A stretch of DNA of 64,000 nt from positions 326,368,001-326,432,000 of the forward strand of contig OZ024742.1 of NCBI GenBank assembly GCA_964016885.1. The letters run 5' to 3'. The stretch is from Eledone cirrhosa. Lineage: Eukaryota. The notes beneath the pieces were generated by a model. It saw nothing but the letters and a program-made list of their open reading frames with translations. It was not told the DNA's origin and searched no databases. How positions within the stretch are numbered: position 1 is the stretch's first letter; every line of letters starts with the position of its first letter. Positions 27,875 through 44,031 of this stretch are shown here, piece after piece. Made by a program: the position numbers and the translations under genes.

Positions 27875-28509
27875 TTACCTCTCTGCGTCCCGGGGTTCGG
27901 GCCGCTCAGTTTCCATGGGGCTGGTGGAGGGGTTGATGGGTGGGGTGGTGGTTTGTGGTGGTGTGGGGGTATTAGTGTGTGGAGGGGTTGGGATCTTTGG
28001 AGTTGTGTGGGTGTTTGAGGAGGGGAGGGGAAAACCTTTCAGGAGGACGCGGTTGAGTGGCCTGGTGCAGGGTGGGCCCACGTCCTCAGGGTAAATGTCT
28101 TTCAAAGTTTTGAAAATCTCAAGTGGGATTTTCACCATTTTCAGGTTGGGGAGCCCCATTGCCGTTACGAAATTCGGCCCTTCGGTTTGTATCGAAGGGT
28201 TGTTTTCTATTTTTTCAGTTGGGTTTTTATTGTTTTTGTTTATATATGTGTAGAGTTTTTGTGGTGTTGTGTTTGTTTTTGCTTGTTGTTGTTGAGTGAG
28301 TTTGCGTTTTATTGTCTGTGTTGTGTTGTCAGGTGGGGTTATTTTTGTTTGTGTGGTGTGTGTGCGTTTTTCCTTTTCACTTCTTGGAAGGGAGCCCCCT
28401 CGTCTTCCGACGATATGAGCTCTTCTTCCGTATTGGAGGGGAGGGGTATATCTCCGGGTTGTGTATGAACTGCGTGTGTTTTTGTATTTGTGTTCTGTGG
28501 GGTGGGGCT
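27875..28509 (-). pseudogene. LINE ORF1 C-terminal remnant (Pro/Thr-rich)
   Basis: Frame ends TAA at 27875, just upstream of the ORF2 start position; low-complexity P/T/K sequence with an internal stop. Confidence 0.6.
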
Positions 28510-28918
28510 GACAAACAGACAGATAGACAGGCTGACAAATAGGCAGGCAGGCATGCAGGCAGGCAGACAGGCATGCAGACAGGCATGCAGAGAAGCAAAC
28601 AGACAGACAGAGAGAGAGACTGACGGTTGGACGGCCGACAGATGGATGAATAAATTGGTCTATTTAGAAAGAGAAACGTCATGATTTGAAGGGAAACTTG
28701 ACTGCTGACATGAATTAATTCTGTTTAGGAAATTTAAAACATCTTCGTCGCGTATTTCCTGGTTTCTGAGAGAGACATTTAACGATCTTGTCATATGGCG
28801 TTTGTTCGACAAACAAATAAAAAATATGTACAAGAGTTATAGTATTGATTCCTTCATAATAAAGGGGTAAGATACGTATGATGACCATATGTTTGTTTGA
28901 GTGGATGAAGGGAGCGAA

Positions 28919-29007
<89 letters not shown>

Positions 29008-29890
29008 AATCGAATAGACAAGCTTGCATGAAATATCATCACCATGGCCAACCCAAAATGTCATAGCATACGAAAACCACCTTTTCCAGCTACATATTTA
29101 TGAATCTAAATCTATTAGGCTAATGTTTTATTCACTTGAAACCATACCCCAATTATATTAAGTCTATAAAATAATATAGAATATTAAGAATAATTAAGAA
29201 TATACAATAATAGTGCAGCCTGAATTATGAGAAGCTTTAGATAAGCGAGCGTAATGTCATGTATAATTCCATTTTATATCATTTTATTCTGAGTTCTAAA
29301 CCCATAACTTTCTCATTATTCTTAATATTCATAAAGTCGTTTCCCGGTATGAATTAGTATCAAACCAATCTACTAAGCTATCCGAAATTGTTAGAGCATT
29401 GAATATGATGCTTTGTGGTATCACGTTCGGTACTTTGAATTCTCATTTCACCTGCGACGAAACTGATACCATCCTGCATACATAAGTGACCGCTCATTTT
29501 CAACAATATTTTTCATTCGGCAATTACCTTCGGGGAAAATCTATAGTTATATTCTGATTCTGTCAATCATTTTATATTAGAAATTAAATCATATTGTTAG
29601 GGGAGGGATATATTTGATTAAATCAACTGTATTACTTCTTATTTTATCGATTCTATGAGTATGAAAACCCTTACTGGGACTTGAACTGAAAATCTAGAAT
29701 AACTAAAGTATGTACTTACTGTAACGCATTTAGTACCTGACCGTTATTGTGACATCATTTCATTTAACACATAGGTTCTCACAATGGGCGCTACCACCCA
29801 AGGTGAGGCTCATGGTTCTAAGGCTGTGGTAACAAGTGTGATAGAGATGATACTATAGTATATTAAATATCAAATGATCCATATTATATA

Positions 29891-29937
<47 letters not shown>

Positions 29938-29942
<5 letters not shown>

Positions 29943-30179
29943 AGAAAGTATGACCCCGAGGGCAGAGCTCAAGCCGTTTCGACGGCTATTTCTGGCCTAA
30001 AGTAAGAGTTGTTTTAGTCCAAACTAAAAAAACTCTTACTTTAGTCGAAAAATAACCGTCGAAACGGCTTGAGCTCTGCCGTCGATGTCATACTTTCTCC
30101 TATTACCCACTCTATTACCATAAGTATTGAGTACTCTAGTGCGTTATGGTCCATCTGGTTCCTTACCACAGCTCCTCCG

Positions 30180-30180
<1 letters not shown>
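29938..30180 (+). mobile_element. HH3-family fold-back element (about 81-bp arms, CCAA loop at 30019-30022)
   Basis: TAGGAGAAAGTATGAC..GAGCTCAAGCCGTTTCGACGG..AAGTAAGAG mirrored; tail AAGTATTGAGTACTCTAGTGCGTTATGGTCC; (TA)n on both sides. Confidence 0.85.
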
Positions 30181-30231
<51 letters not shown>

Positions 30232-30478
30232 TAATAAAAACAATGAAATAAAAATAGAGAACAAGTTCCTTATATTAAAAAATTCATCATTTTACGATCG
30301 TTTCAAGGATCTATATGTGTGTTGGTATGTATATCACATAGATCTATGTAAAAGTATTACAAATTATCAGAGGAAATATACATATCTTCACATATACATG
30401 CTGTCTTCAGAAATGATTGAGTTCTTCATACGGATTGGACAAACCGTATATTTTGGTAGATTTATCTACATATATATA

Positions 30479-30646
<168 letters not shown>

Positions 30647-30761
30647 TGTATGTATGTATGTGTATGTGTGTGTGTGTTATGTGTATATATATAAAATAAA
30701 ATAAGAAATATATATGTATTTATACATAGTAAATATTATATTATTTACTATATATAAATTA

Positions 30762-31076
30762 ATTGTTTCTACTTTAGGCACAAGGCCACCAATTACCCAG
30801 TACATGACTGGTATTTTATTTTATCGACCCCGTAAGGATGAAAGGCAAAGTCAACCTCGGCATATAAATTAATGTTTTTATTTATTACGCTGGATTGGCA
30901 GTATCGGTAGAGGTTCAGACGCCATGATTTGCAGCATAGAATTGCGCTCCTTTACGATCTTAGTTCAAATCCCGCCGAGGTTATCTTTGCGTTTCATCCT
31001 TATGAGTTCGATAAAATAAAGTACCATTAATGCACTGGGTAATTGATGGCCTTGTGCCAAAAGTAGAAACAATTAT
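30762..31076. mobile_element. Two family A SINEs in inverted orientation (30762-30861 minus, 30887-31076 plus)
   Basis: Family A sequence; TSD-like ATATAAATTAAT around the first copy. Confidence 0.9.
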
Positions 31077-31687
31077 TTATTATACAATATTTACAATTTG
31101 TGTGTAGGCAGGTCTCTCTGGATATAGGTTTCGGGTTCGCTGAGGATATTACGTGGCCGTGAGGAGGGCAGTAGTCCCAAAAGTTTGAGAACCTCTGCTT
31201 TAACACATCGAAACATAACCACACATTGCATTCGAGAATGTTTAGTCGTTTAAATCAACTATTATAGGTGTTTAATATTATTTATATTTAAGTCAGGATG
31301 TTAGGAGTCATGCCTGAATGGCGCCATTCATTCGGTTTATCTACTCTCGACAATACCTCTAAGAGACACATTTTATTGATCCAATTATTTAAAAAGTAAA
31401 GTTGCGTTTGGAATAAATAGGCTGGAAAGGTAGTTACTGTTGTTTGTGTGTACACACTAGAGAAAATGTGCACAATACGTGCAGTTGATTGTGTTTCTTT
31501 CGTCGATATACTAGTTATACTACAACTTTACTAACAATTTCCTGACTTGCATCAGCTTCTAGCAAAGAAAGCTTTTTGACTTCATTTATTTGATGTTTTC
31601 TTATATAAGGAAACTTGTTGAATGTATGTGACATTCGCTCACACACAGTGACACACACGCATACACAAACATACACACACAAACACA

Positions 31688-31735
<48 letters not shown>

Positions 31736-31742
31736 CATATAT

Positions 31743-31925
31743 GAAGGATTCGGAACCCGACGGCTGAGCTCTTGCCGTTTCAACAGCTAGTTTGGAACTA
31801 GCTGTTGAAGCGGCAAGAACTCAGACGTTGGGGTCCCGACTCTTTCAAATTGCCATACCCTACTAGCCTAGTATCAAGTACTGTGATGAGTAATGGTCTA
31901 AACGGGTCTTACTGCATCTGTTTTG
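31743..31925 (+). mobile_element. HH3-family fold-back element (about 50-bp arms, TGG loop at 31793-31795)
   Basis: CTTGCCGTTTCAACAGCTAGTT-TGG-AACTAGCTGTTGAAGCGGCAAG; tail GTATCAAGTAC..GAGTAATGGTCTAAAC. Confidence 0.82.
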
Positions 31926-32100
31926 ATATATATATAAGATTAGCATTAGTAAAGATGCTGATGTTACATAAAACGATTTATGTAACATCAGGCTCTTTCT
32001 TAATGTTATTCTTATACTGAATCTCCATTGTAATTACAAACTACGAATGTAGCCAACTTTCTTCTGCTTGCTCCTGCTTTTACTAAAATAATCTAACACG

Positions 32101-32201
<101 letters not shown>

Positions 32202-32227
32202 ATATATATATATATGTATTTAATATA

Positions 32228-32409
<182 letters not shown>

Positions 32410-32443
32410 GGAGGGAGGGAGAGAGAGAGACAGAGAGAGAGAG

Positions 32444-32595
32444 AGAAGTAGTAACAAAACAGTTAGTTCACCATACTAAGAACAACCGGTTGTTCTCAGT
32501 ATGCTGAACTAACTGTTGTGTTACTACTTCTACCAAACTCGTCCCATGGACTGAGTGCTCTACCACTACGGATATTACCTTCCAGTGTTCTGCCC
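32444..32595 (+). mobile_element. Fold-back element, 44-bp arms with no loop (centre 32487/32488), between (GA)n and (CT)n
   Basis: AGAAGTAGTAACAAAACAGTTAGTTCACCATACTAAGAACAACC mirrored with 3 mismatches; tail GGACTGAGTGCTCT. Confidence 0.75.
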
Positions 32596-32706
<111 letters not shown>

Positions 32707-33305
32707 ATGCACGCACAACGTAGACAATTATCAACATACATCCATATTTTAGGCCACAACTACATACATTTGTAGATCAAATTATGACTTACTTTGAAGT
32801 TTATGTTTTCCTAAAAACCTTTAGTAACATTGTACGGATTAAACTGATTCGAACTGAAGAGAAATCAAAATTAGCTGGAGGAAAGCTTTCAGTGGGAATT
32901 TACTTCTTTCTCTAAGAAACTTGCGGTTTAAACATCAATAACATTTTGACTTTCAAATATACAGAGCATATCAATTACTTTCCATGGTTACTTATAGTGA
33001 ACCATATTCACAGCCATGCTATTTCAGAATCCATATAAAGTGTGGTCAATGACCTTTTCTTATTTCCTCTCCGTAACAATTTATTAAACATTTAGGAAAC
33101 ATATACTTTTCTTCAGTTACAAATATAACATACAAAAGGTTAACTATTATTAAGAAGATGATTGTTGCGAGTAAAGCCATCAATGTTAAAATCTGTAACT
33201 GATATTCCATAGAAACAGTAAGAAAAGACAAGTTAAAGAATCTTTCAAATTATCGTAGATCTGCAAGACCAACTCTTCCGACTTTCTGTCGTTTCGCTAA
33301 GCTTG

Positions 33306-33387
<82 letters not shown>

Positions 33388-33389
<2 letters not shown>

Positions 33390-33535
33390 CGAAGGAAATG
33401 TGGTAAGCAACCAGGTGGACCATAACGCACCAAAGTACTCAATACTTAGGGTAGGAGAGTGGGTAATAGGAACGAGTAGGACCCCGATGGCTGAGCTCAA
33501 GTCGTTTCGACAGCTACTTCTGGACTAAATAAAAA
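33388..33535 (-). mobile_element. HH3-family element
   Basis: Reverse complement aligns with 30040-30180. Confidence 0.8.
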
Positions 33536-33834
33536 ATGTTTATCCTAGTATTTGAATAGCCGAGCTTCTCAGAGGGTAGTTCCATATATGGTAAAAGTGA
33601 TTGTCACAAGGTTTGGTCAAAAGTTTGTTGTTGAGACATAATAATTCTATCATGGCAATTTGAGGAGGGAAGGGGTAGCTGAACCTGCCGGTAGAAGAAA
33701 GAGGGAGAGGGGGTGGAGGAAAACCAGTCGTGCGTTGATAGTGCCACCTACAGCTGGGCATGAGGTCAAAGAAGATACTAGGGGGGGGAGTCGAAACAAT
33801 AAGTAAAACGATATGGGGTAAATATATAGAGAAA

Positions 33835-33839
33835 TATAA

Positions 33840-33896
<57 letters not shown>

Positions 33897-33928
33897 AATA
33901 TAGATATAGATATAGATAGATATAGATA

Positions 33929-34022
<94 letters not shown>

Positions 34023-34240
34023 CATATATATCTATATATATCTATATATATCTATATATATCTATATTTCTATATCTATATTTCTATATCTATATTTCTA
34101 TATCTATATTTCTATATCTATATTTCTATATCTATATTTCTATATCTATATTTATATATATCTATATATTTATATATATCTATATATTTATATATATCTA
34201 TATATTTATATATATCTATATATTTATATATATATATATT

Positions 34241-34271
<31 letters not shown>

Positions 34272-34282
34272 ATATTTATATA
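33835..34282. repeat. Complex (TA)n tract with 14-18-bp higher-order units
   Basis: TATTTCTATATCTA and TATCTATATATTTATATA repeats. Confidence 0.9.
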
Positions 34283-34480
34283 CGATATTAAACAAATGGA
34301 AACTATATTTATAAAACCATATTTATTTCATTATACATATTTCAGGGATACCATATTAAAAATATGGCATGCCTTCGTCAGATAAAATACAATATATAAA
34401 CAGTTTTATAAATAATTTTGACGTACCATAAATATAAGCGACCATTAAGATAGGAGGCTGCCTTGGTAGTGAAGTGTTTA

Positions 34481-34960
34481 TAATTATTTCGTTATAGTGT
34501 TAAGCACAGTTAGAAAAAAGACGGAGAGAAAGAAATGGATGTAAAGAAAAACAGAGAGAGATAGGGGAGAGAGAAAGAAGGAGGAGGTGAAAAAAGAGAG
34601 GCAACCGAAGGCATCAGATGAATAATAATAATTCACCATACAAATAGAGAGATTCAAGAGAGAGGGAGTACTATATAGAGAGAGAGTACAGTAATTATTT
34701 AGTTATAGTGTTAAGCACAGTTAGAGAAAAGACGGAGAGAAAGAAAAAATGGAGATAAATAGAAAACACAGAGAAAGAGAGAGGTGGGAGGAAAAGAAAG
34801 AGGGAGAGAAAATATAATTATATAGGGGGAGGTGAAAACCAAGAGGGAAATAAGAGAGAAATATGAGAGGCAAAATCAAAGCGATAGATACATAAAACTT
34901 CATCATATATAAAGAGAGAGGAGAAAGAGCTATATCTAGAGAGAGAGAGGATACAGTTAC
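34481..34960 (+). repeat. Local tandem duplication of about 210-260 bp, purine-rich
   Basis: TAATTATTT.GTTATAGTGTTAAGCACAGTTAGA.AAAAGACGGAGAGAAAGAAA at 34481 and 34692. Confidence 0.85.
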
Positions 34961-35447
34961 ATCTTTACGTCATGTCATATCAATTTGAATTATCAATTCA
35001 TATAAACTGGATAATAGAATGTAAATAACAATATTCATGAATGAGACATACATATATAATGTGAGAAAATAACTTTGCTCAATAATGACCATATGTTTAG
35101 TTTAAAACTCTGAGGTCAATGTACCAAAATCTGAGATCAACCTTCAAAAAATTACCCTATTTATAAAAATACGGAAATATATATGTATATATATATACGT
35201 ATATGTACTTTCTGTAAAAAGAAAAAGAGAAAGTTATGTCCAGCTCTAGTCGATAATATAGACATACACATGACTTTACGTGATCAACTCTATAATTTCT
35301 TGTGTCATAAAAAAAAATTTCCTTGTGTTATAAAAAATTTCACTATATATATACATAAAAAATAAACGATTAATATTCATGCCCTCACACATATGATTAC
35401 CGTTCATGTATTTAATATTATGCATATCTGTAACATACAGAACTATA

Positions 35448-35491
<44 letters not shown>

Positions 35492-35984
35492 CAAGATATC
35501 TGCGTGAGTATTCCAGCATCTCTATGCACACATACAGGCACATGAACAGATAAAATAAACTCTGTAAGCCTTCTATATGCATGTTAATACATATGGCCTT
35601 TGTATAGAGATAATCAGATATCAATATATCAGCACAGAAAACATCAAAACGTTAAAATATTTACAACACACCATAGAGTATCTCAAGCCACAAAACACTA
35701 TGCTTCATATATTTACCACAGAAATCTATCCTTCCGATTTTTCAGACAATATATTTTAGAAGCAATCAGAGTCAAAAAGCAAATAAAAATCCAAAAATTA
35801 TTTAACAAAAATTATTTAAAGGATTTAGAAGACCCAGTGGTTCTACGGATGCCCTTATATTTAGTATAGAAATTTATCTTGCGTAAAATTTATTTAATAC
35901 ATTGGGAGCATATACATTTTAGAGTAGTTTAATTACATCATTTGTTTATATTTATGAAGAAGGTTTAAAAGAAAAAGTTGAAGG

Positions 35985-37815
35985 AATCGGAAGATTTATC
36001 GTCAGGTTTCATACATTAATTAAATTTCTTAATTAATTATACTACATTTTAAATTTATATTTATATTTAAACGTTGAGTTCAATCTATGTCTGCAGCAAC
36101 TGAATAAATTGCTCCTTAAATTAAGGGAATTTTTGGATTTTAATATAAAGAATATCTCCTCCACACAGAGATCACATGTCTCAGATGAGGAATTAAAAGG
36201 AATCCCTCTTGAGACAATATTCCAAAACATCGAATACTCAACATTATCTCGTTTAAGTTGCCAGAGTAGGCTTGAGAGCGAAGTTGAAGATTTTTTGTTT
36301 GGATCTGTGAAAGAATTCTTATGATTATTGAAGCGAAGTTTAAATTCTGTCGAGGTGGAACCAACATAGTTGAAAGAATTTAAGTTAGTTTTAACATTAC
36401 AATTCTATATTATATTTTTAACTAAGCAATTGTTATTTAACGGACAGTTAGATTTATTTCTACAGTTACAGTTATTTAATTGAATATTGTTTGGGTTATT
36501 ATTGGTATTTTGGTTAGGTTTTAAATTTTTATTATTAATTCTGTTAATATTTTGTGCTAAATTTTTGGTGGACGAGTAAGTTAATTTTATAGTATGTCTA
36601 TTAAAAATTGAGTGATGTTTATGTGTTCTAGGGAAGCGTTTGTCAAGAGCATTAAAGAATAGTTTAGCAATATGGGTTTTAATATTTAGTGAAAAAGGGG
36701 GGACAAACCATATTATATTTCTAGTTCTATTTCTTTTTCGGCTTTTGGAATTATTGTAATGTTTTCTATTATAGTTGTTAATGTTGTTACCGTAATTAAA
36801 ATTGTTATTATTTTGGTTAGTTTGCTTATTATTATCGATGTACTTAATTTTATCACTATATCCTGCTCTAGCTAACGCTTCATTGTAATACTGCGCTTTT
36901 TCGTCAAAAATATTTTTATTAGATGAAATTCTTGAAATTCGTTCTTGAACAGAGTTCACGATAGTATTTTTAACAGATCTGGGGTGATTAGAGTTAAAAT
37001 TGACATAATTCAAGTTCTCATTTAGTTTGTGAAATGGATAGTGAAGACATGTGTTGAGATTTAGTGTTACATCTAGAAAATCGACTATTCTATGGTTATT
37101 CTCTATTTCTATTTTTAGATTAAGGTAATTAAAAAATTGTATAATTTGTTTTCTTTTTCTATTTAGTTCACAGTTATTATTTTCAATAAGGAAAAGCATG
37201 TCATCACGATATAAACCTCCGGTTACACCTGGTATTTTTCTATGCAGCGAATTAATTATAAATAGGCCCACAATGTTCGTACATCCTGAGCTGAGTCAGA
37301 TGATCCCATAGTTATGTCGAAATTATTATCTCTATCTGCCCTAGTCCATAGTTGGTTATTAAATTATATCAATGTTTTCCTTGCCGATAATATAATGTGC
37401 ATTTCATTGCTAGTTAGGTCTGTATGTTTAAATGCGTAATTTAGTGCCTTATTCAGTAGATAAGGAGGGATAGATGAATAGTAGTTAGCAATATCAAGTT
37501 GAATAAATTTATTATTATAGTTATATTTAATTTCTTTAAACCACTCAATAACCTCACCAGTCCCCTTCCATAAACTTTAAGTAAGGTAAATTATGTAAGT
37601 TTTTAATTTGCTGTATCACCCTGTCTAGAATGTTTTTGCTAAGTTTTCCCAGGTCAGATTTTGATGGTGCAATCAATCTGACTGGCAAATCACTTTCAAA
37701 ATTTCTTTTGTGATCTTTCATATTGATCTTGGGTTTCCTAGGCATGAAGGGTTGTGTTTTATTCTCAATGTCTAATTCATGCATTATACAAGATGCCTCT
37801 GCATTCATTTTATAA
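35985..37815 (-). mobile_element. Penelope-like element (Naiad-type RT + GIY-YIG), 5'-truncated, with 2 frameshifts and 2 nonsense codons
   Basis: MKDHKRNF..VRLIAPSKSDLGKLSK, WKGTGEVIEWF, LDIANYYSSI, FDITMGSSDSAQ, GLYRDD, FLDVTLNL, SNHP, CNCRNKSNCPLNNNC, II*(Y)..YVGSTSTEFKLRFNNH, CDLCVEE, CCRH. Confidence 0.9.
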
Positions 37816-38254
37816 GCATCACCATGCAAGCATAAGACCTTACAAAAATACAATATTAAAATATCGTTGTTTCTAAAATGATGACATTGGAACGTTATTT
37901 AGTTAAGTCGAGCTCACGCCCAAGCCAACGTTGTGAGTTGCCTGGTGAATAGATATCTGACCATCATTTTCCTATTCAGTTCTTAGATAGATTCCAAACC
38001 AGTATCCTGCTTCACTTTGTTAATTTATGTGACATAACGTCCACCAACCTCTCCCACTTCATACCATATGTTTCAAAGGACGGGCTTTGACGCTTCCTAC
38101 TTTGGGTGATGTGCACAATATCCAAATCTTCACAATTAGTTTGGGGAAAGGCTATGACAGACATATAATATTACTTTTTGAATACAAATAATCACTGTAG
38201 TGTAATAGCGGAGAAAATTCCTTCCTTGTAAAAGTAGTTTCATTTCACTTACAT

Positions 38255-38587
38255 AAGAGGTGCTCAAATTGGCCTACCAGAGGGCGTTGAGAAGGTTCAT
38301 GGGGAGCTGGGGCCTAAGGGGGCGGTAGAAATTATATGACAGTATATGAAATAAAAAAAATGATACATATTGTATATAAATATAGTAAAATAAAAAATAT
38401 ATATATAATATTTCTTTATACATAGTATATATTATATTATTTATTATATATAAATTAACGATTCTATTTATTATATATTATTTACAATCTGCATGAAAGC
38501 AGGTCTTTCTGGAAATAGCTGGTGGGGGCGCTGAGGATATTACATGGCCGTGAGAGGGGAAAGGTCCAAAAAGTTAAAAAACCTTTG
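38255..38587. mobile_element. hAT-type MITE, 333 bp
   Basis: Perfect 8-bp TSD ACTTACAT (38247-38254, 38588-38595); degenerate CAGAGGTTCTCAAA-type TIRs. Confidence 0.85.
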
Positions 38588-38789
38588 ACTTACATCATTA
38601 GCGCTTCCGAAGAAAAGAACTTTACTAATTACTGAAAATCCTAAAATATTGAACCTTTTTCGTTAGTCAAAATAAAACATTCTTCCAATGTTTAATAATG
38701 TTCTTCTAACTGTTTGCAATATAGTTGGCATTTCTCCATATACTGGAATATAAACCTACTTACTGAAATGTTTGTATTACACACACATA

Positions 38790-38978
38790 TGCATACATAC
38801 ATACATACATACATACATACATACATACATACATACATACATACATACATACATACATACATACATACACAAACACATGTATACAAACAGGTACATTTAT
38901 ACATATATACATTCATGCATTCATAAGTATATGCATTTATACATACATACACATACATACATACATACATACATACAC

Positions 38979-39009
<31 letters not shown>

Positions 39010-39034
39010 CATACATACATACATACATACACAC

Positions 39035-39065
<31 letters not shown>

Positions 39066-39120
39066 CATACATACATACATACATACATACATACATACAT
39101 ACATACATACATACATACAT
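38790..39120. repeat. (CATA)n microsatellite
   Basis: Visible. Confidence 0.96.
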
Positions 39121-39541
39121 TACAGACATTGCTGAAACATATTCATTAAACATGTATTAGCTATTTAGTGTTCTAAAATAGCATCTTTTTCGTTCAATGT
39201 TGTATTTTTTCCAAAGTCACGTTAGGAAGAAACTGAAAACCCTACTCTCTTACAGAATTATTTTGGCTACGATACGTAAAACTAATTCACAAATATTCAT
39301 TTGCTGAACGTATATGGAATACGAAACACACAAAAACTTTCCTTACTTTCTCTCTTACCAGTGAAACTTACTTTAGTCTTGCAGAAATGAATTCCGCGTA
39401 TCAGGTTATAATGTTTCTATGAACAAAAATCCGATTATTGTAGGAGAAACAAACTAGCTACAAAAATAAGATATATTAGACTAAACATTTCTTAAGAACT
39501 CATACAGTCTCTAAACGTAAATATAATCAATCGGATAAGAA

Positions 39542-39820
39542 CACGTGGCTTAGTGGTAACGGTTTTCGAATTACGATCGTATATACTTGTGTTTGCGGTG
39601 CGTCTTAGTTTTCACTCAGTTGGAAGAAAATTAGTTCCACCGATAATTCAATGCGAAAGTCTCGTCACACACTATGTCAATCTAAATCTACATGCGAACT
39701 GCTTTAAAGGCAGAGGTCACTGTTGATCGCTATGTCAATTACACGTTAATTTCACGAGCAGGATTTTTCCTTCATCGAATCGACTAGAAAACTCATCGTC
39801 AGAGTAGACAAAAGATCAAC
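39542..39820 (+). mobile_element. Decayed family B SINE, alternative tail
   Basis: CGTGGCTTAGTGGTAA head; CACGTTAATTTCACGAGCAG tail shared with 61046-61330. Confidence 0.6.
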
Positions 39821-40197
39821 TAACATACATAGTCCATCATGTCTGTTTTCGGTGGGGTGGGGGTACTAATAGTTATAGTTAATAAGTAATAGAAATGCAC
39901 GAACATTAATCAATGAATGTATGGAATAAATGTGTACGAAAATAAACAGCAAAAATAATACAGAATTGAACGAGAGAGCGATAATATATAGACTAAGTAG
40001 CAACATGCTACTCTAACATAGGTCTTAGACACCGTATATATGCTAGTATTGCTTAAATTTCAAGCATCTTGATACTGGCGGAAAGATAAGCAAAACTAGC
40101 GAATATTCACTCTGCAAGTGTAGACTTTGAAACCTTAGGTAGCATGCAGTTGTTTTGAGAATTTATTTATAACATATGTATATATATGTGTTTGTGT

Positions 40198-40266
<69 letters not shown>

Positions 40267-40640
40267 TGTGTATATATACACACACACACGCACACCACGG
40301 AATTTACATATATAATACATAATTTTGTTGTCTGCAAGGAAGGAATCGTGCTCTCTGTATAAACATTTCAAAATGGACGCCTGAAGAAGAGCTGACGCAT
40401 TAACGTCATGCAATCCAGTCAGGCCATAAGACCTGATGTTGCATTATAAATTTCGTTGTGTGCGTGTGTGTGCATATATATATATATATATATATGTAGG
40501 AGGTGAGTTTTATTGTAGTACAATAAAGCAATGCAGATATCGGATAAGAAGCACTCTACAGTTTGTGGGACTGGAGTATGCATAATATAAGATCAAAAGA
40601 TGGTTAAAGGAGTTCCATATATTTTATTATGCGCATTTCA

Positions 40641-43152
<2,512 letters not shown>

Positions 43153-43870
43153 TGTAAAAATATTGATGTAATTCAATTCAAGAATTCAACATGCATTTTC
43201 CGCAGAGGAGTGACGACGTATTTTTAGAATAAGGAAATACTAAGTTTAGATAATAAAGTTCTTTATTGATAAGGCCGTTATACATTTGTCGAGGGCGACA
43301 ATTGGTTACGCAATACAGCATGGAAGCTATTGTCATGCTCTCTTCAGACAGCGTTTTACATAATAAAGTTACAATCAAGGAGGTAATCCAAAATTGAAGT
43401 GACAAGGGAACGGACAAACAACAAATTTCATTAATCGAATGCGTGTGTGTGTAAAGGTCATGGATCTATACTTGTATGGTTCTTCTCCATCGCTCAGATC
43501 TAAGAAAAGCCTTTGTGGAAGGCCACCAATCGTCTATACATCAACGTCTATCTTATCCACTCCACAAACGTTGATGAATGGAAAAGCTAGAGCCGATACA
43601 ACTTTGAATGCAAGGAGTTGAGAGTCATACTGCAAGGCATCACATACGACGTTCTAACACTTATTCTACGTCGATGAGAGAAAGAAAGAAATAAAGAAAA
43701 GGGAAGAATAGGTAGGAAAGAAAGACAAAAAGAGAAGTTCACCTCGGCCCGGATTTTTGAACCCAGAAAGCAACAAGCTGACATAATGACAACATATTCT
43801 AAAGAAGCTATCATTCGACTGCCGTTCTACACTTCCACACACACACGTATGGGCTCACACACACTCGCGC

Positions 43871-43932
<62 letters not shown>

Positions 43933-44031
43933 ACGTACACACATCCATACTACCTATATATACATACACACACACAAATGTATATATATTAACAAGTCGA
44001 CGAAATCACAATACCACGAGTAACTTCACGC

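Larger units (their letters stand above)
24196..28509 (-). mobile_element. Tx1/L1-clade LINE, 5'-truncated within ORF1, 4.3 kb
   Basis: ORF1 remnant, ORF2, 3' UTR with AATAAA (24201-24206); TSD GACAGACAGACAGAT (24181-24195) / GACAAACAGACAGAT (28510-28524). Confidence 0.92.

Noticed and set aside
36042-37560. Selenoprotein (UGA-recoding) Naiad
   Set aside because: The conserved Cys codons I translated are TGT/TGC; the in-frame stops are TAG (at the GIY tyrosine) and TAA; the TGA at 37554 follows a frameshift; no convincing SECIS was seen
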